DNA of 64,000 nucleotides, from IMG/VR virus record IMGVR_UViG_3300032322_001069, positions 1 through 64,000 of that record; one strand, given 5' to 3'. The position numbers and the translations under genes were made by a program. Each line of letters starts with the position of its first letter. The first letter of the stretch is position 1. The DNA is from a virus. The notes under the pieces were generated by a model. The model saw only the letters and a list, made by a program, of their open reading frames with translations, did no database searches and was not told the DNA's origin. Shown in pieces: positions 1-10,568 of this stretch.

Positions 1-29
1 CCAACTTGATTATTGTATAAGTATGACAT
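1..29 (-). CDS. N-terminal fragment of a gene running off the window (MSYLYNNQV...)
   Basis: ATG at 29 overlaps the TAA of the collagen gene (TAATG coupling); open to the window edge. Confidence 0.5.
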
Positions 30-1570
30 TATATTATTCTCCACCCATTTCTGTAAATAAAATGTAACCCGGCATTGTCTAAATTGATTATTGCTGAACT
101 TTGATTATCTATCTTATGGGATGCAGTGGCTCCGACAATAGTGATTTGGCGATTGACTCCGTTTCCTGCGTTTCCCGATTCGTCTTTTACCACCATTTCT
201 CTTCCAGTTTCTGGACTAGTAGGAAGAGTTATTGTAACAGGTCCAGCGTAACTCACCCCGATATAATAGTCTGTGGGAAGTGCTGCATAAGTTGCACCAG
301 TTACACCAGTAGTTGCAAGAATTGATATTGAGGATATACTGGGACTTCCAGTATTTGTTGGCTGTATCCATTGGCTGGAATTGCCATCATTTATGTAAAC
401 AAATTCAATACCAGTATCAGAATCCATCCACCTTTGGCCCATCGTGATACCAGGATCTGATGGTGCGTTACTTTGATAATAATAAGTTAATCCGCTAGCA
501 GACCCACCGCCTGATCCGCCACTGATAGCATCAACTCTTACATTTGACCCGGATCGCGTAACAGTAAGATTATTGCCGAAGTCAATAAAAGCGACACCAG
601 TACGAAGTACAACGCTACCATTTCTTTTTACTCCTAAACCGCTACCACCGCTATTGTGTAGCGGATCTGTTGTCATTGGATTAACTGGTATTGCTGCTAG
701 TTTATCATTGACAAACTTTATGTCAAAAGAAAGTTCTTTTTTCTTTTCATCATATCTTAACGGATAAGAAGCTGAAACGACACCAGACTCTCCTTGTTCG
801 CCTCTTTCACCCTGTGGTCCTTGGGGACCCATAGGCCCAACTGGTCCTTGTTCCCCTTGAGGTCCCTGTGAACCTACCTTGCCATCTTTTCCGGCTGGCC
901 CTATTGGTCCCTTTTCGCCTTGTGGTCCCTGTGGCCCGATAGGACCTTCTGGGCCGATTGGACCCATAGGACCAACTGGACCTCGTTCTCCTTGTGGTCC
1001 CTGTTGTCCCTTTTCGCCTTTTTGTCCTTTTGGTCCTTGCTTTCCATCAATACCAGCAGGACCTTGTTCTCCCTGTGGCCCCTGTTCTCCCTGTAAGCCT
1101 CTTGGACCCATAATACCCTGTGGGCCGGGTGGACCTTGATCTCCCTTATCTCCCTTTTCTCCATCTTTACCATCGTTACCAGGAAGACCATCTGCGCCAG
1201 CATCACCCATGATACCCTGTCGGCCTCTTGGTCCCTGTGGGCCTTGAATACCGGGTGGGCCTGCTGCTCCGGGAGTTCCCGGAAGACCTATTTGTTCTAT
1301 TATTTGGGTTTTAGTCTTATGGGGAGAAGATATTGTTTTTACTGGCTTACTTGGTTCAGGAATAACAGAAAAGTATTCATTTAAATTATTTTCGTGCTTT
1401 ATGCAAATAATTTCTCCATCAGAATCTTTTAAGAATAATGATGTTTTGCCTGAACCTAATTGATAGCTTTTAGAATACCATTGCGCCCCAACGCATTCGA
1501 AGATTGTATCTCTTTTGAGATTTGCGATGGTTCTCTTTAGAACTATTTTTTTTCCTAGAGAGAAGTTCAT
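29..1570 (-). CDS. Collagen triple-helix repeat protein, probable tail/virion fibre
   Basis: 56 uninterrupted G-X-Y triplets; [26 protein letters not shown] fibre motif; C-terminal ITLP...VVKDESG...GWRII phage fibre domain. Confidence 0.9.
   Translation of the reverse strand: MNFSLGKKIVLKRTIANLKRDTIFECVGAQWYSKSYQLGSGKTSLFLKDSDGEIICIKHENNLNEYFSVIPEPSKPVKTISSPHKTKTQIIEQIGLPGTPGAAGPPGIQGPQGPRGRQGIMGDAGADGLPGNDGKDGEKGDKGDQGPPGPQGIMGPRGLQGEQGPQGEQGPAGIDGKQGPKGQKGEKGQQGPQGERGPVGPMGPIGPEGPIGPQGPQGEKGPIGPAGKDGKVGSQGPQGEQGPVGPMGPQGPQGERGEQGESGVVSASYPLRYDEKKKELSFDIKFVNDKLAAIPVNPMTTDPLHNSGGSGLGVKRNGSVVLRTGVAFIDFGNNLTVTRSGSNVRVDAISGGSGGGSASGLTYYYQSNAPSDPGITMGQRWMDSDTGIEFVYINDGNSSQWIQPTNTGSPSISSISILATTGVTGATYAALPTDYYIGVSYAGPVTITLPTSPETGREMVVKDESGNAGNGVNRQITIVGATASHKIDNQSSAIINLDNAGLHFIYRNGWRII
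785..1288 (-). repeat. Collagen (Gly-X-Y)56 coding repeat
   Basis: GLPGTP...GEQGES, 504 nt, GC-rich 9-nt periodicity. Confidence 0.95.
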
Positions 1571-2949
1571 TACTTATAGTGTCGTTCAATAATTGTTTCT
1601 TTTTTGATTTTTACCTTATGAATCGATTTACCGGAACTATATTTATTTGTTTCTACGGTCAATTTTTTATTGAATTTTTTTGTATTAATTTTCATGCTGC
1701 TATATTCGGTAGTTTGAACAGGTATAAAATCGTCAATTTTATATAGGCTATCATAATCAAAGAATTCAGTCAATGTAGGTTCACCCATTAGAGATAAAAA
1801 TGAATTGATATCATCAATTCCATATCTCCCATTGATTAAACTCCAATTATATTGAAGATATTGCCCCAATCTAGCACCGACAGGCCAAACACTTATGCCG
1901 GATTTAGAAAAATATATAAAATTTGTTCCACTATCGCCAGTAACTGCTCCAACAAATTTGGGTTGTATTACATCTTTTATAACTGACTTATATTGGCCTG
2001 ATATAATCGGTGTGCTGTATAATGATGTTACAGTCAATTGTGTTAAAGAATTAAAAGAAGAATATGGAAAATACCATAAAGCAAATATACCATTTGCATT
2101 TACCATAAATGCAGCTAACTTTTCATTTAAATTTTTACCAGAATATTGAATATATTCTTTTAGAGAATAGGGATTTAAATAGTATTGGTGATATACTGGA
2201 AATGTTACTCCAGCATTTCTTATCTTACCTATTCTAATATCTCTTTCGCCACTCAATCTTTGAGTATACTGATTATAATTTATATCATAAACATCAACTA
2301 TAACGGTTTCAAATTGCTGTGTTGATGGATTATAATACGAAACAGTTCGATTCATTCCAGAACTATATCCTACGCAGTGAGCACAAAATGCGGCGTGAGT
2401 GGGTGAAATAAAAGTAACAGTGTCGCTTCCTGGACCATATAATCCTATTTTTTTTCTTGCTTTGTCTATTCCACCGTCACATATGGAAAATATTTCAATT
2501 CTAAGAGATTCTTCTATATCCGGGTCAGTGAAACACGGCTCATCATAATCGCCATCACAGTCTATACTAGGATAAAAAATTTCGGTAAAATACGATGCCC
2601 CAAATGATCTTCTAGATACTGATTGTGGAAACTGTGGCTTCGGAGAATTCCCAAATAGACTATTAATCCAACAGTCGGGGTTTATTGCATTTACAGCTAC
2701 GGCATAAGTTTGATTTGTTTGACCGTTGGGAGCAACAGATGGGTGTGTTATTCCTGATGTTACTTGATCTGAACTATAAGTATAATAATCCCATGTACTA
2801 TCGACATGATCTTGATATCTCGTAGGCGAATTTGCATGGACGCAATCGCATACAAATTCTCCTAAAATTAAAGTTTGTTGTGGTCCGTCACCTTCGCCAA
2901 AGTCGAAAGATATTCCTCTTTGACTATATTCTCTACTCGAAAAGAACAT
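1570..2949 (-). CDS. Trypsin-like (PA clan) serine protease domain protein, probably virion-associated
   Basis: [15 protein letters not shown] (His), RDIRIGKI (Asp) and GDSGT (Ser) motifs in canonical order. Confidence 0.7.
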   Translation of the reverse strand: MFFSSREYSQRGISFDFGEGDGPQQTLILGEFVCDCVHANSPTRYQDHVDSTWDYYTYSSDQVTSGITHPSVAPNGQTNQTYAVAVNAINPDCWINSLFGNSPKPQFPQSVSRRSFGASYFTEIFYPSIDCDGDYDEPCFTDPDIEESLRIEIFSICDGGIDKARKKIGLYGPGSDTVTFISPTHAAFCAHCVGYSSGMNRTVSYYNPSTQQFETVIVDVYDINYNQYTQRLSGERDIRIGKIRNAGVTFPVYHQYYLNPYSLKEYIQYSGKNLNEKLAAFMVNANGIFALWYFPYSSFNSLTQLTVTSLYSTPIISGQYKSVIKDVIQPKFVGAVTGDSGTNFIYFSKSGISVWPVGARLGQYLQYNWSLINGRYGIDDINSFLSLMGEPTLTEFFDYDSLYKIDDFIPVQTTEYSSMKINTKKFNKKLTVETNKYSSGKSIHKVKIKKETIIERHYK

Positions 2950-2955
2950 TTTAGG

Positions 2956-3384
2956 TTATAACAATCCGCCGTCTTCGTTAGTTAAATCGAATCTTCCTCT
3001 GCATAGAGTATCAGAAAAAGTTGTCCCCTTTATGACTTCTATATTATAGAAATGTCTTCCTGCTGGAAGCCTATCCATTACATCAGACTGAAATTCAAAG
3101 AAAATAGATCCAGTAGATGATGCATTATTTTCATCTTTATTAGGTTTAATAAACCGCTTAGAAGTATCATGCGATAAACCAGAAACACCTGTACTTAAAA
3201 AATAAGTCACTCCTGTTAAGCCAGCATACAAAATAAGATTATCCAGAGGAGGAACTGTTTTAAAAACTTTAAACTCGATTCTTTCAAATGTTGCTGAAAT
3301 TGCAGCATCATTTTCGTCAAAATAACTTAAAAGAAAGTTAAAATTGTTACCTTTAATTCCTGAAAGATCGATTTGTGGAGTCAT
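2956..3384 (-). CDS. Small beta-sandwich virion protein (BppU-like)
   Basis: GNNFNFLLSY...LPAGRHFYNIEV...TLCRGRFDL pattern typical of phage baseplate-upper-like domains. Confidence 0.45.
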   Translation of the reverse strand: MTPQIDLSGIKGNNFNFLLSYFDENDAAISATFERIEFKVFKTVPPLDNLILYAGLTGVTYFLSTGVSGLSHDTSKRFIKPNKDENNASSTGSIFFEFQSDVMDRLPAGRHFYNIEVIKGTTFSDTLCRGRFDLTNEDGGLL

Positions 3385-4598
3385 TTTTGTACCTTGTGCT
3401 TCTTCTTATTTATCTTCTTAAGCTCCTTTTGTTTTTGCTTCTCTGCCATTTCTTGTACCCCTCGTTCTTGTTGAATCTGGGCAACAATCTTCTTGTAGGA
3501 TTCAAAATTGTTTTGAATCCTCTCTCTATGTTCTGGAGGAAATTTATTTTCACATAATAGCTTATGGCAAGCTTGCATTCCTAAATGGTACTTACCGACA
3601 CTATGAGCCACTGCACCTAGTTCATCCAAATTGCCCCAAGCATAAGGGATTTCCTCAACGAACAATGTATCTTCAGTTGGTCTTGGAAGTTCTAGTGCCA
3701 TACGAGCATACTGATATGCTGCTCTAGGTCTATTGTGCATTCTATGCAGCCTTGCTAGTTGATATAAAGGTTCGGCACGAATTGGACGGGCCTCATAAGA
3801 TCGCATAAACATATCATAGACTTCTGGCCAGGGATGTTGTAAGAAAACCTTACAAATTGCCATGCGGTAAATTGAGAAGAATATTTCTTCATCCCATCCA
3901 CCCATTTCGGATCTCTTGGTATATGCGGCAAGAGCCTTTTCCCATTGCTGTGAATCAAAATAACTTTGAGCTAGATAAAATTGATAACGAACATTTGTGG
4001 GGTCATCTGCGATGGCCTTTTCTAGTGCTTCTGCGTCTTTGGCATATTTTTCCTTTGGATCAATTCCAAGATTTCTAGCACCTTCAGTACGAGCTTCTAT
4101 TGCATAGTTGCCATGCAATTTTTCTATCTTATATGGCTTTGGTTCTGAATCTGGATATTCGTGAAGAACTCCAACATATTTCCAATCACGATTGTTCTTG
4201 AAGATTTGTGTTCTCCACCATGTGAATTCACCTCTACTAAACTGTAGGGTATAAGCATCCGCAGTTGGGTTATCAGGGAATTTGAACTGGCCCAAAACAC
4301 TATCGTCAGCGTCAATTACCCAAGCGTAATCTGCCTTGCCCTTGGCGTTCTGGAATGCCTCTGTACGAGATCCTATCTTACCAGCATGATCACCGAACCC
4401 CTTCCAGTCAGACTGGTAAATTTCTCCGGGGATGTTCTTCTCGGCAAAGAACTTACGAATCATATCCTGGGTTCCATCAGTAGAACCAGTGTCTGTAATA
4501 TCGTAACGATCTATGTACTTATAGATTGATTCAAGGCAACGAAGAATGACATGTGTTTCATTCTTCACGATCATGCATAGTGTAATTGTAGGCTTCAT
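3381..4598 (-). CDS. GT2 glycosyltransferase with C-terminal TPR repeats
   Basis: TLCMIVKNE, DTGSTDGT, IDADD (DxD), GVLHEY; TPR helices RYQFYLAQSY, RAEPLYQLA. Confidence 0.9.
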   Translation of the reverse strand: MKPTITLCMIVKNETHVILRCLESIYKYIDRYDITDTGSTDGTQDMIRKFFAEKNIPGEIYQSDWKGFGDHAGKIGSRTEAFQNAKGKADYAWVIDADDSVLGQFKFPDNPTADAYTLQFSRGEFTWWRTQIFKNNRDWKYVGVLHEYPDSEPKPYKIEKLHGNYAIEARTEGARNLGIDPKEKYAKDAEALEKAIADDPTNVRYQFYLAQSYFDSQQWEKALAAYTKRSEMGGWDEEIFFSIYRMAICKVFLQHPWPEVYDMFMRSYEARPIRAEPLYQLARLHRMHNRPRAAYQYARMALELPRPTEDTLFVEEIPYAWGNLDELGAVAHSVGKYHLGMQACHKLLCENKFPPEHRERIQNNFESYKKIVAQIQQERGVQEMAEKQKQKELKKINKKKHKVQK

Positions 4599-4631
4599 AT
4601 TGTATCTATTCTACTTTTTTGGGCGATAAAA

Positions 4632-5525
4632 TCAAGTGTTATTCTTAATCCAAGTTTCAACATCTATCTTTGGCTTCCATCCTAGATAGCTTATTCGTTC
4701 TATATTTGCTAAAGTTGATTCAGCTTCTCCCTCTCTTGGAGGCAAATGCTTGGTTGGTCCACCAACCATTTTTGCTATTTCGTTCATTGAATAATTTTTT
4801 CCTGTTCCAACATTCAATGTTCTTGTCAAGAGATTAGTGTTTCCAAAATCATAATTAGCCAAAAGAATATTTGCTTCTACTACATCAGAAACATGAACAA
4901 AATCTCTTCTTTGTTCCCCATTTCCAACAATTGTTAGTGGCTGTCCTGCTTTTTTTTGTCTTTGAAATATTCCTATAACTGGAGCGTATTGCCCCTTCAC
5001 TGGTTGTCTTTCTCCATACACATTAAAATATCTTAAAATGTGGGTTTCTAAACCATACATTTTAGAATACAAATGAAACAAATCTTCCGAATTGTACTTT
5101 GTAACAGAATAAGAATTTAAACAATCTTTATCTACTATTTCATTACTACCTTCACTATTTCCGTAGATAGCTGATGTAGAAGATAAAATAATTTTTTTAA
5201 CTTTTTTTGTTCTACAAAGTTCTAAAACAGTTGCTGTTCCAAGAACATTAGTATATACAGTTTTTAAAGGGTCTTCTATACAATTTTGTAATCTACATTC
5301 TGCTGCTAAATGAAACACTATATCAATATGATTATACATGTCGCTTGTCATGATATAATCAGTTATGCAATGATGATTATACTTAGCTTTTTCATTAAAA
5401 TAAAATTTTTCATGTGCATCTGAAGATAGATTATCAATGATTGAAACTTCATGTCCATCATCAACTAATCTATCTACTAAATTAGATCCTATAAAACCGC
5501 AACCACCAGTAACTAAACATTTCAT
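4632..5525 (-). CDS. NAD-dependent nucleotide-sugar epimerase/dehydratase (UDP-Glc/GlcNAc 4-epimerase-like)
   Basis: VTGGCGFIGSNL, YSVTK (YxxxK), LRYFNVYG, RDFVHVSDV. Confidence 0.9.
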   Translation of the reverse strand: MKCLVTGGCGFIGSNLVDRLVDDGHEVSIIDNLSSDAHEKFYFNEKAKYNHHCITDYIMTSDMYNHIDIVFHLAAECRLQNCIEDPLKTVYTNVLGTATVLELCRTKKVKKIILSSTSAIYGNSEGSNEIVDKDCLNSYSVTKYNSEDLFHLYSKMYGLETHILRYFNVYGERQPVKGQYAPVIGIFQRQKKAGQPLTIVGNGEQRRDFVHVSDVVEANILLANYDFGNTNLLTRTLNVGTGKNYSMNEIAKMVGGPTKHLPPREGEAESTLANIERISYLGWKPKIDVETWIKNNT

Positions 5526-5527
5526 AA

Positions 5528-6487
5528 TTAATTTCTTTCATAAAAATTTTTATTTTTCAAATACCAATCTATAGTTATTTGTAAACCATCTTCTAAATTA
5601 GTGGACGGATTCCATCCTAATGATTTAATTTTTTTTGTACAAAGTTTTCTTAGTGGTGCTCCATTTGACTTTGTTTTATCCCAAATTATTTCACCAGTAT
5701 AATTTAATTTTTTACTTATTAATTCTACCAAATCCTTAATAGAAATTTCTAAGTTAGAACCAACATTTATAATTTCTGGGGAATTATAATTATTCATTAG
5801 AAAAATACAAGCATCTGCAAGATCGTCAGAAAATAAAAATTCTCTTCTAGGACTACCATCTCCAAAACAAATTATATCTTTTGAATTATTTTCTTTAGAA
5901 TCTAATATTTTACGAATAAATGCTGGTATTACATGACATTTTTCTAAATTAAAATTATCATTAATTCCGTATAAATTTGCAGGCATTGCTGAAATACAAT
6001 TAAAACCATATTGTTTATGATAATAATTGCACATTTTTAAACCTAAAATTTTAGACAAAGAATATGCTTCATTTGTAGGCTCAAGTTCACTTGTCATCAA
6101 ATATTCTTCTCTTATTGGCTGCTCTGTTATTTTGGGGTATATACAGGCAGAACCTAAAAATAATAATTTTTTTACATTTACTAAAAATGATTCGTGTATG
6201 ACATTAGTTTGAATTTGAATATTATCATAAATAAAATCTGCTGGATAATTTTTATTGTACATTATGCCGCCTACTTTTGCGGCGGCTAAAAAGACATATT
6301 CTGGTTTTTCTACACTAAAAAAATCTTTAATTTGATTTTTATCACGAAGATCTAATTCTTCTTTAGTTTTAGTAATTATATTATCATAGCCATAATAATT
6401 TAATTTACGCAATAAAGCAGAGCCTACCAATCCTTTATGACCAGCAACAAATATTTTACTATCTTTATTCATCATTAATAGACTCAT
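5528..6487 (-). CDS. fcl: GDP-L-fucose synthase family epimerase/reductase (Fcl; likely ColC GDP-colitose synthase by context)
   Basis: AGHKGLVGSA, LAAAKVGGI, LGSACIYP, LEPTNEAYSLSK, PANLYG, HVIPA; true start probably a few codons in. Confidence 0.92.
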   Translation of the reverse strand: MSLLMMNKDSKIFVAGHKGLVGSALLRKLNYYGYDNIITKTKEELDLRDKNQIKDFFSVEKPEYVFLAAAKVGGIMYNKNYPADFIYDNIQIQTNVIHESFLVNVKKLLFLGSACIYPKITEQPIREEYLMTSELEPTNEAYSLSKILGLKMCNYYHKQYGFNCISAMPANLYGINDNFNLEKCHVIPAFIRKILDSKENNSKDIICFGDGSPRREFLFSDDLADACIFLMNNYNSPEIINVGSNLEISIKDLVELISKKLNYTGEIIWDKTKSNGAPLRKLCTKKIKSLGWNPSTNLEDGLQITIDWYLKNKNFYERN

Positions 6488-7640
6488 TCACTATATTGCA
6501 TATGTAGCTCACATCATCTTCGGTCATATCTGGATTGTTTGGTAAATACAAACCAAAATCATGTACTATATCAGAAAATGGATATGTTATATGTCCATAT
6601 TTTTTATAATAGAATGGCTGTCTAGACATACTTCCGCATATTAAAGGTCTACATTCTATCTGCCCATCTAATAATTTTTTTGCTAATTTATTTTTATTAG
6701 GGTGAATAATAGGATACGCAAAGTTACTTATATAACCATTAAATTTAATTTTCCAATAAGAATTTTTAATTAGCTTATCATATAAAATAAAATTTTTATA
6801 TCTATTATTATTTTTATCATCCAATGTTTTTAATTGATTTATTCCAAGAAATGCTTGTAGATCAGTCGATCTTAGATTAAATCCGGGATAATAAAAAGTA
6901 TAAAGATTCTTGAACGAATCGATGTCATGTTCTTTTTGCAATTTTTCTTGTGTTTCTACAGATAAATCTCTACTCCATCCATGAGATCTTATAGATTTTA
7001 AAATTTCATAAAGCTCAAAATCGTCAGTAGAAACAAAACCGCCCTCTATCGTGGAGTAATGATGTCCAAAATATGTAGAAAAAGAAGACATTAAACCAAA
7101 AGTGCCCGTTTTCTTTTCATTTATTACTGTTCCCACACTCTCGCAAGAATCTTCAAGAAGAATTACATTATATTTCTTGCATATATCAATTATTTCATTC
7201 ATCTTATTTGGTATACCAAGAACATGAACTATGACAACACATGCAGGATCATGTTTCTTACATAATTCTTCAAAATAATTTACATCTATTCCTAAAGAAT
7301 CTCTATCAGTTTCACATAGAATCGGCTCTAATCCTAATTGAATAACCGGACTTACCGTAGTTACCCACGAAACACAGGGTACTATAATTTTATTATTTTT
7401 TAATCTATTTGCTACCTTTAAGGCATAGATCATAGCTAAATTAGCAGAAGATCCAGAATTTAAAAAAACTGAATATTTAATTCCTAACCACTTAGACCAT
7501 AATTCTTCAAACTCTATAGTTTTTGGTCCTTTAGTTAATTGCGGATATGATGATAACCAATCTTTTAACTCATCTATTTCTAGATTTGAAATTGTATTTT
7601 TTACTAATTTAATAGGTAAATTCATTGACATATCTTTCAT
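6465..7640 (-). CDS. colD: PLP-dependent GDP-4-keto-6-deoxymannose 3-dehydratase (ColD-type, DegT/DnrJ family)
   Basis: NSGSSANL, EDSCES, SFSTYFGHHYSTIEGG with His in place of the Schiff-base Lys, IRSHGWSRDL, PGFNLR. Confidence 0.8.
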   Translation of the reverse strand: MKDMSMNLPIKLVKNTISNLEIDELKDWLSSYPQLTKGPKTIEFEELWSKWLGIKYSVFLNSGSSANLAMIYALKVANRLKNNKIIVPCVSWVTTVSPVIQLGLEPILCETDRDSLGIDVNYFEELCKKHDPACVVIVHVLGIPNKMNEIIDICKKYNVILLEDSCESVGTVINEKKTGTFGLMSSFSTYFGHHYSTIEGGFVSTDDFELYEILKSIRSHGWSRDLSVETQEKLQKEHDIDSFKNLYTFYYPGFNLRSTDLQAFLGINQLKTLDDKNNNRYKNFILYDKLIKNSYWKIKFNGYISNFAYPIIHPNKNKLAKKLLDGQIECRPLICGSMSRQPFYYKKYGHITYPFSDIVHDFGLYLPNNPDMTEDDVSYICNIVNESINDE

Positions 7641-8391
7641 AATTTTTATTCCATATACTTGGATATGGAGTTTCCAGTAATTTGCATAATTCAGAATTAC
7701 ATAATACTATATTTTTATTAAAAAATCCAGCAGAAATGCTGAAAGTTGATGATCCTACAACTAAAATATCTGAATGAACCAAAGAATTAAAATCCTCTAA
7801 AAAAACATCTCCTGAGTTACTAATATGATTAATAATATTAGGATAATCTATATTTAGCTTAGGATCAGACCAAGAAAAAATATGAAATTTTGCATTTTTT
7901 ATTTTTTTATTTAATATCTTTATTAAATTTTCATATATTGAATTTTCTATAATTCTAACTTTTATATCTCCTGGATTGAATATATCATCACCTCTTCTAA
8001 TATGAATTGCTATATTCGTATATCCATTTTCATAAAATAAAGGTTTTTCTAAAGGATATGAGGAGCTAATAAATTTTAAGAAAGATTCATCATAAAAATT
8101 ATCTACACCATAAGTAGATATTTCCTTATGAAAAAAAGGCTTTACTAATGGAGTATGCATACTAGTTCTAAATTCTAGATTTAAATTTTTAATAATTTTA
8201 TTTATTAAATTATTTGCTTTTTCTAATTCTAAATTTTGACATTCTGCTTTATTTAATAATTTTATTCCTTGTAATTCTGAATGAAGATATTCGCTATTTG
8301 TAGTTTTACAAAAAGCTATACCTGAAATAATACTGTACAATTGTGATCCAAATCCATCATTTCCTCTACAAACAGTAAATTGGTCTTTCAT
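7609..8391 (-). CDS. GT-B fucosyltransferase-like glycosyltransferase (GT11-related)
   Basis: DGFGSQ N-terminal motif, IAIHIRRGD, SDILVVGSSTFS. Confidence 0.7.
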   Translation of the reverse strand: MKDQFTVCRGNDGFGSQLYSIISGIAFCKTTNSEYLHSELQGIKLLNKAECQNLELEKANNLINKIIKNLNLEFRTSMHTPLVKPFFHKEISTYGVDNFYDESFLKFISSSYPLEKPLFYENGYTNIAIHIRRGDDIFNPGDIKVRIIENSIYENLIKILNKKIKNAKFHIFSWSDPKLNIDYPNIINHISNSGDVFLEDFNSLVHSDILVVGSSTFSISAGFFNKNIVLCNSELCKLLETPYPSIWNKNYERYVNEFTY

Positions 8392-8398
8392 ATTAAAT

Positions 8399-9244
8399 TT
8401 ATGATCCTAAAAAGGTTGCAAGTCTTCCGAAACTGCTTTCTTTATTGTATATAATTTTTCCGCATTTTGCTAATAGAAAAACATCGATAAGAGCTTCTTT
8501 TACCTGATCGCTAGATCTAAAAGTATTATTTATCCATGTATTTTTATTTTTATCTACAGCTATGGTAATTGATTGTTTTTCTCTAAAAATTATATTATTT
8601 GGATATTTCTGCACAACTTCTTGTTCCCAAGAAGGTTCATCGGAGCAAAAAAAAATTTTAACATTTGAATTTTCATATATTAATTTTTGTATAATACTAA
8701 TATATTCTGAAATACTAGCGTTAGCAAAATCTGTTCCTCTGGCATGAATAGAAATCCAATCTTTATTTATTTGATTGTTTTTCACAAACTCATCTATTTT
8801 ATCTTGAATTTCTTTTTTTATTTTTATTGACTTTAGAGCATTTTTAGATAAATCTAAAGTCTCGATTGAATCTATGAAAGAATTTGAATAAACACAACAG
8901 TTTTCATACTTATCGTCAGAAAAAAAATTAATAGGATATTTTTTTATAGTATTATTCTCATAGAGTTCTTTTAATGAAGAATTTCCATATAAAGAACAAT
9001 CCTGATAAATATCAGATACATTTAAAAAAAATAAAGTATCGATTCTTTCTTTTAATTGATTTTTATTTATTACTTCAATATCATCTTTTTCAAAAAGATC
9101 ATAGTATTCGGCGTGACATATTGAGGTCTTTTCCCAACAAATAATAGGTTGTATCTCTTTTCTTCTGGCATACGAGAGACAAGAGGCAAAAGGAAGAAGT
9201 CTATTGCATAGACCGCCTGAAGCATATGATGTTATTGAGTTCAT
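8399..9244 (-). CDS. NodZ/O-fucosyltransferase-like glycosyltransferase
   Basis: GGLCNRL, ISIHARGTD, IFFCSDE, EALIDVFLLAKC, SSFG. Confidence 0.75.
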   Translation of the reverse strand: MNSITSYASGGLCNRLLPFASCLSYARRKEIQPIICWEKTSICHAEYYDLFEKDDIEVINKNQLKERIDTLFFLNVSDIYQDCSLYGNSSLKELYENNTIKKYPINFFSDDKYENCCVYSNSFIDSIETLDLSKNALKSIKIKKEIQDKIDEFVKNNQINKDWISIHARGTDFANASISEYISIIQKLIYENSNVKIFFCSDEPSWEQEVVQKYPNNIIFREKQSITIAVDKNKNTWINNTFRSSDQVKEALIDVFLLAKCGKIIYNKESSFGRLATFLGS

Positions 9245-9245
9245 A

Positions 9246-10568
9246 TTAAAAACCGGTCTTTATTCCATCTTCGAATGGAAAATTATTAATAATAAGATAT
9301 TCGTGCAGAACGCTCTTATATTTTTTATTTTTGATATCCGAAGTCAACCAAAGAAATTCTTGCACTACATGTCTATCTAGAAACGGATACCGAGTCTCGA
9401 CACCATATGAACCTCCTATCTGTTCCTCTTTAAGAAGATATGATCTCATAGTACTTCCATAGAAACTATTCCAAGGAAATATACTACCCAGATCAGACGG
9501 GAAAAGACCACCAAAATTACTGTGTTTATACTTTCTTTGCCCAGAAAAACCATAATCTGAAAAAATTTCGTCGCCGCCCATTCCCGATAATGTGATTCTT
9601 TTCCCCCGACTAATGCCTTCTTGACACACAGAACATAACCACTTTGTTCCATTGTCTTCTTCCATTCTTGTGTTTTCTTGGTAGTCTCCAACGGAGGAGG
9701 ATATGTCAAATCTCTTATTTTCTGTATTTTCTCTTATATGCTGTATTGCCTTGCTTTCTATTTCTCTATTTTTCCACCAATATCCATAAGAATATTTATT
9801 TGCCCCAACAGAATTTAGATATTTAATTCTTTGCTCTATAATAGTTGTGTTTTCTGTTCCTAGAACAGAAAATGTTGTAAATTCAACTCCTTGTTTAGCA
9901 AGTTCACACGCAATAACACCGCTATCATAACCAGAACTCATCCCAAGAAATATTCCTCTTCCTTTTCTTGAGTCAGTTCTCTTGCTTATTGATCTTGAAA
10001 AGGCAGTAAACCAATCCTCATATGAGGTCTTATATTGTTTTAAGTCAAAAACATATAAGCATTCTGTACTTTGTACTATAAGATTTGTTAGACAAATAGA
10101 TATTATTTTACCACACGGCGGTTCTACTATATTCTGTCTATTTAAATTCTTTAAATAAGACTCATAGCTTGAAAATGAAAATCCTTCTTGTAGCGAATAG
10201 AATATTGGTTTTGTCCTAAAGTCATCTGTGATGATATATGCTAATTTTTTATTCTTGTCTATTAGAACAATGGCAAACTCTCCATCAAGAGCCTTAAAGG
10301 AATCTTTGCCACTTTTCATGTATTCTCTGATAATGAAATTAGTTTCGGGTATATCCATTTCATTATACAATTCTCCGTTAAATACAACTAGAATATCATT
10401 TTCAATATATGGCTGAGAAGACGATAGATGATCTAGATTGAGAATATGATGTGTTATAACAAAATTATCAAAATGAACAGTGTTGCTGCCATCTGGTCCT
10501 CTTCTAGATATTAGAGGATCAATTGTATGCTTTGTTTTTATATTTGTTCCGTAGAATCCACACATCAA
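9246..10568 (-). CDS. asnB: Asparagine synthetase-like (AsnB) glutamine amidotransferase
   Basis: N-terminal MCG, RGPD, FNGELYN, SSGYDSG, SGMGGDEIF, ETRYPFLD. Confidence 0.85.
   Translation of the reverse strand: MMCGFYGTNIKTKHTIDPLISRRGPDGSNTVHFDNFVITHHILNLDHLSSSQPYIENDILVVFNGELYNEMDIPETNFIIREYMKSGKDSFKALDGEFAIVLIDKNKKLAYIITDDFRTKPIFYSLQEGFSFSSYESYLKNLNRQNIVEPPCGKIISICLTNLIVQSTECLYVFDLKQYKTSYEDWFTAFSRSISKRTDSRKGRGIFLGMSSGYDSGVIACELAKQGVEFTTFSVLGTENTTIIEQRIKYLNSVGANKYSYGYWWKNREIESKAIQHIRENTENKRFDISSSVGDYQENTRMEEDNGTKWLCSVCQEGISRGKRITLSGMGGDEIFSDYGFSGQRKYKHSNFGGLFPSDLGSIFPWNSFYGSTMRSYLLKEEQIGGSYGVETRYPFLDRHVVQEFLWLTSDIKNKKYKSVLHEYLIINNFPFEDGIKTGF

Noticed and set aside
785-1288. Short GC-rich direct repeats resembling a CRISPR or VNTR
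   Set aside because: 9-nt periodic Gly-X-Y codons; no constant repeat with unique spacers. No CRISPR array seen in the window
879-1384. Pro/Cys/Gly-periodic ORFs (879-1139 +, 901-1206 -, 1136-1384 +)
   Set aside because: Antisense or alternate-frame shadows of the collagen repeat
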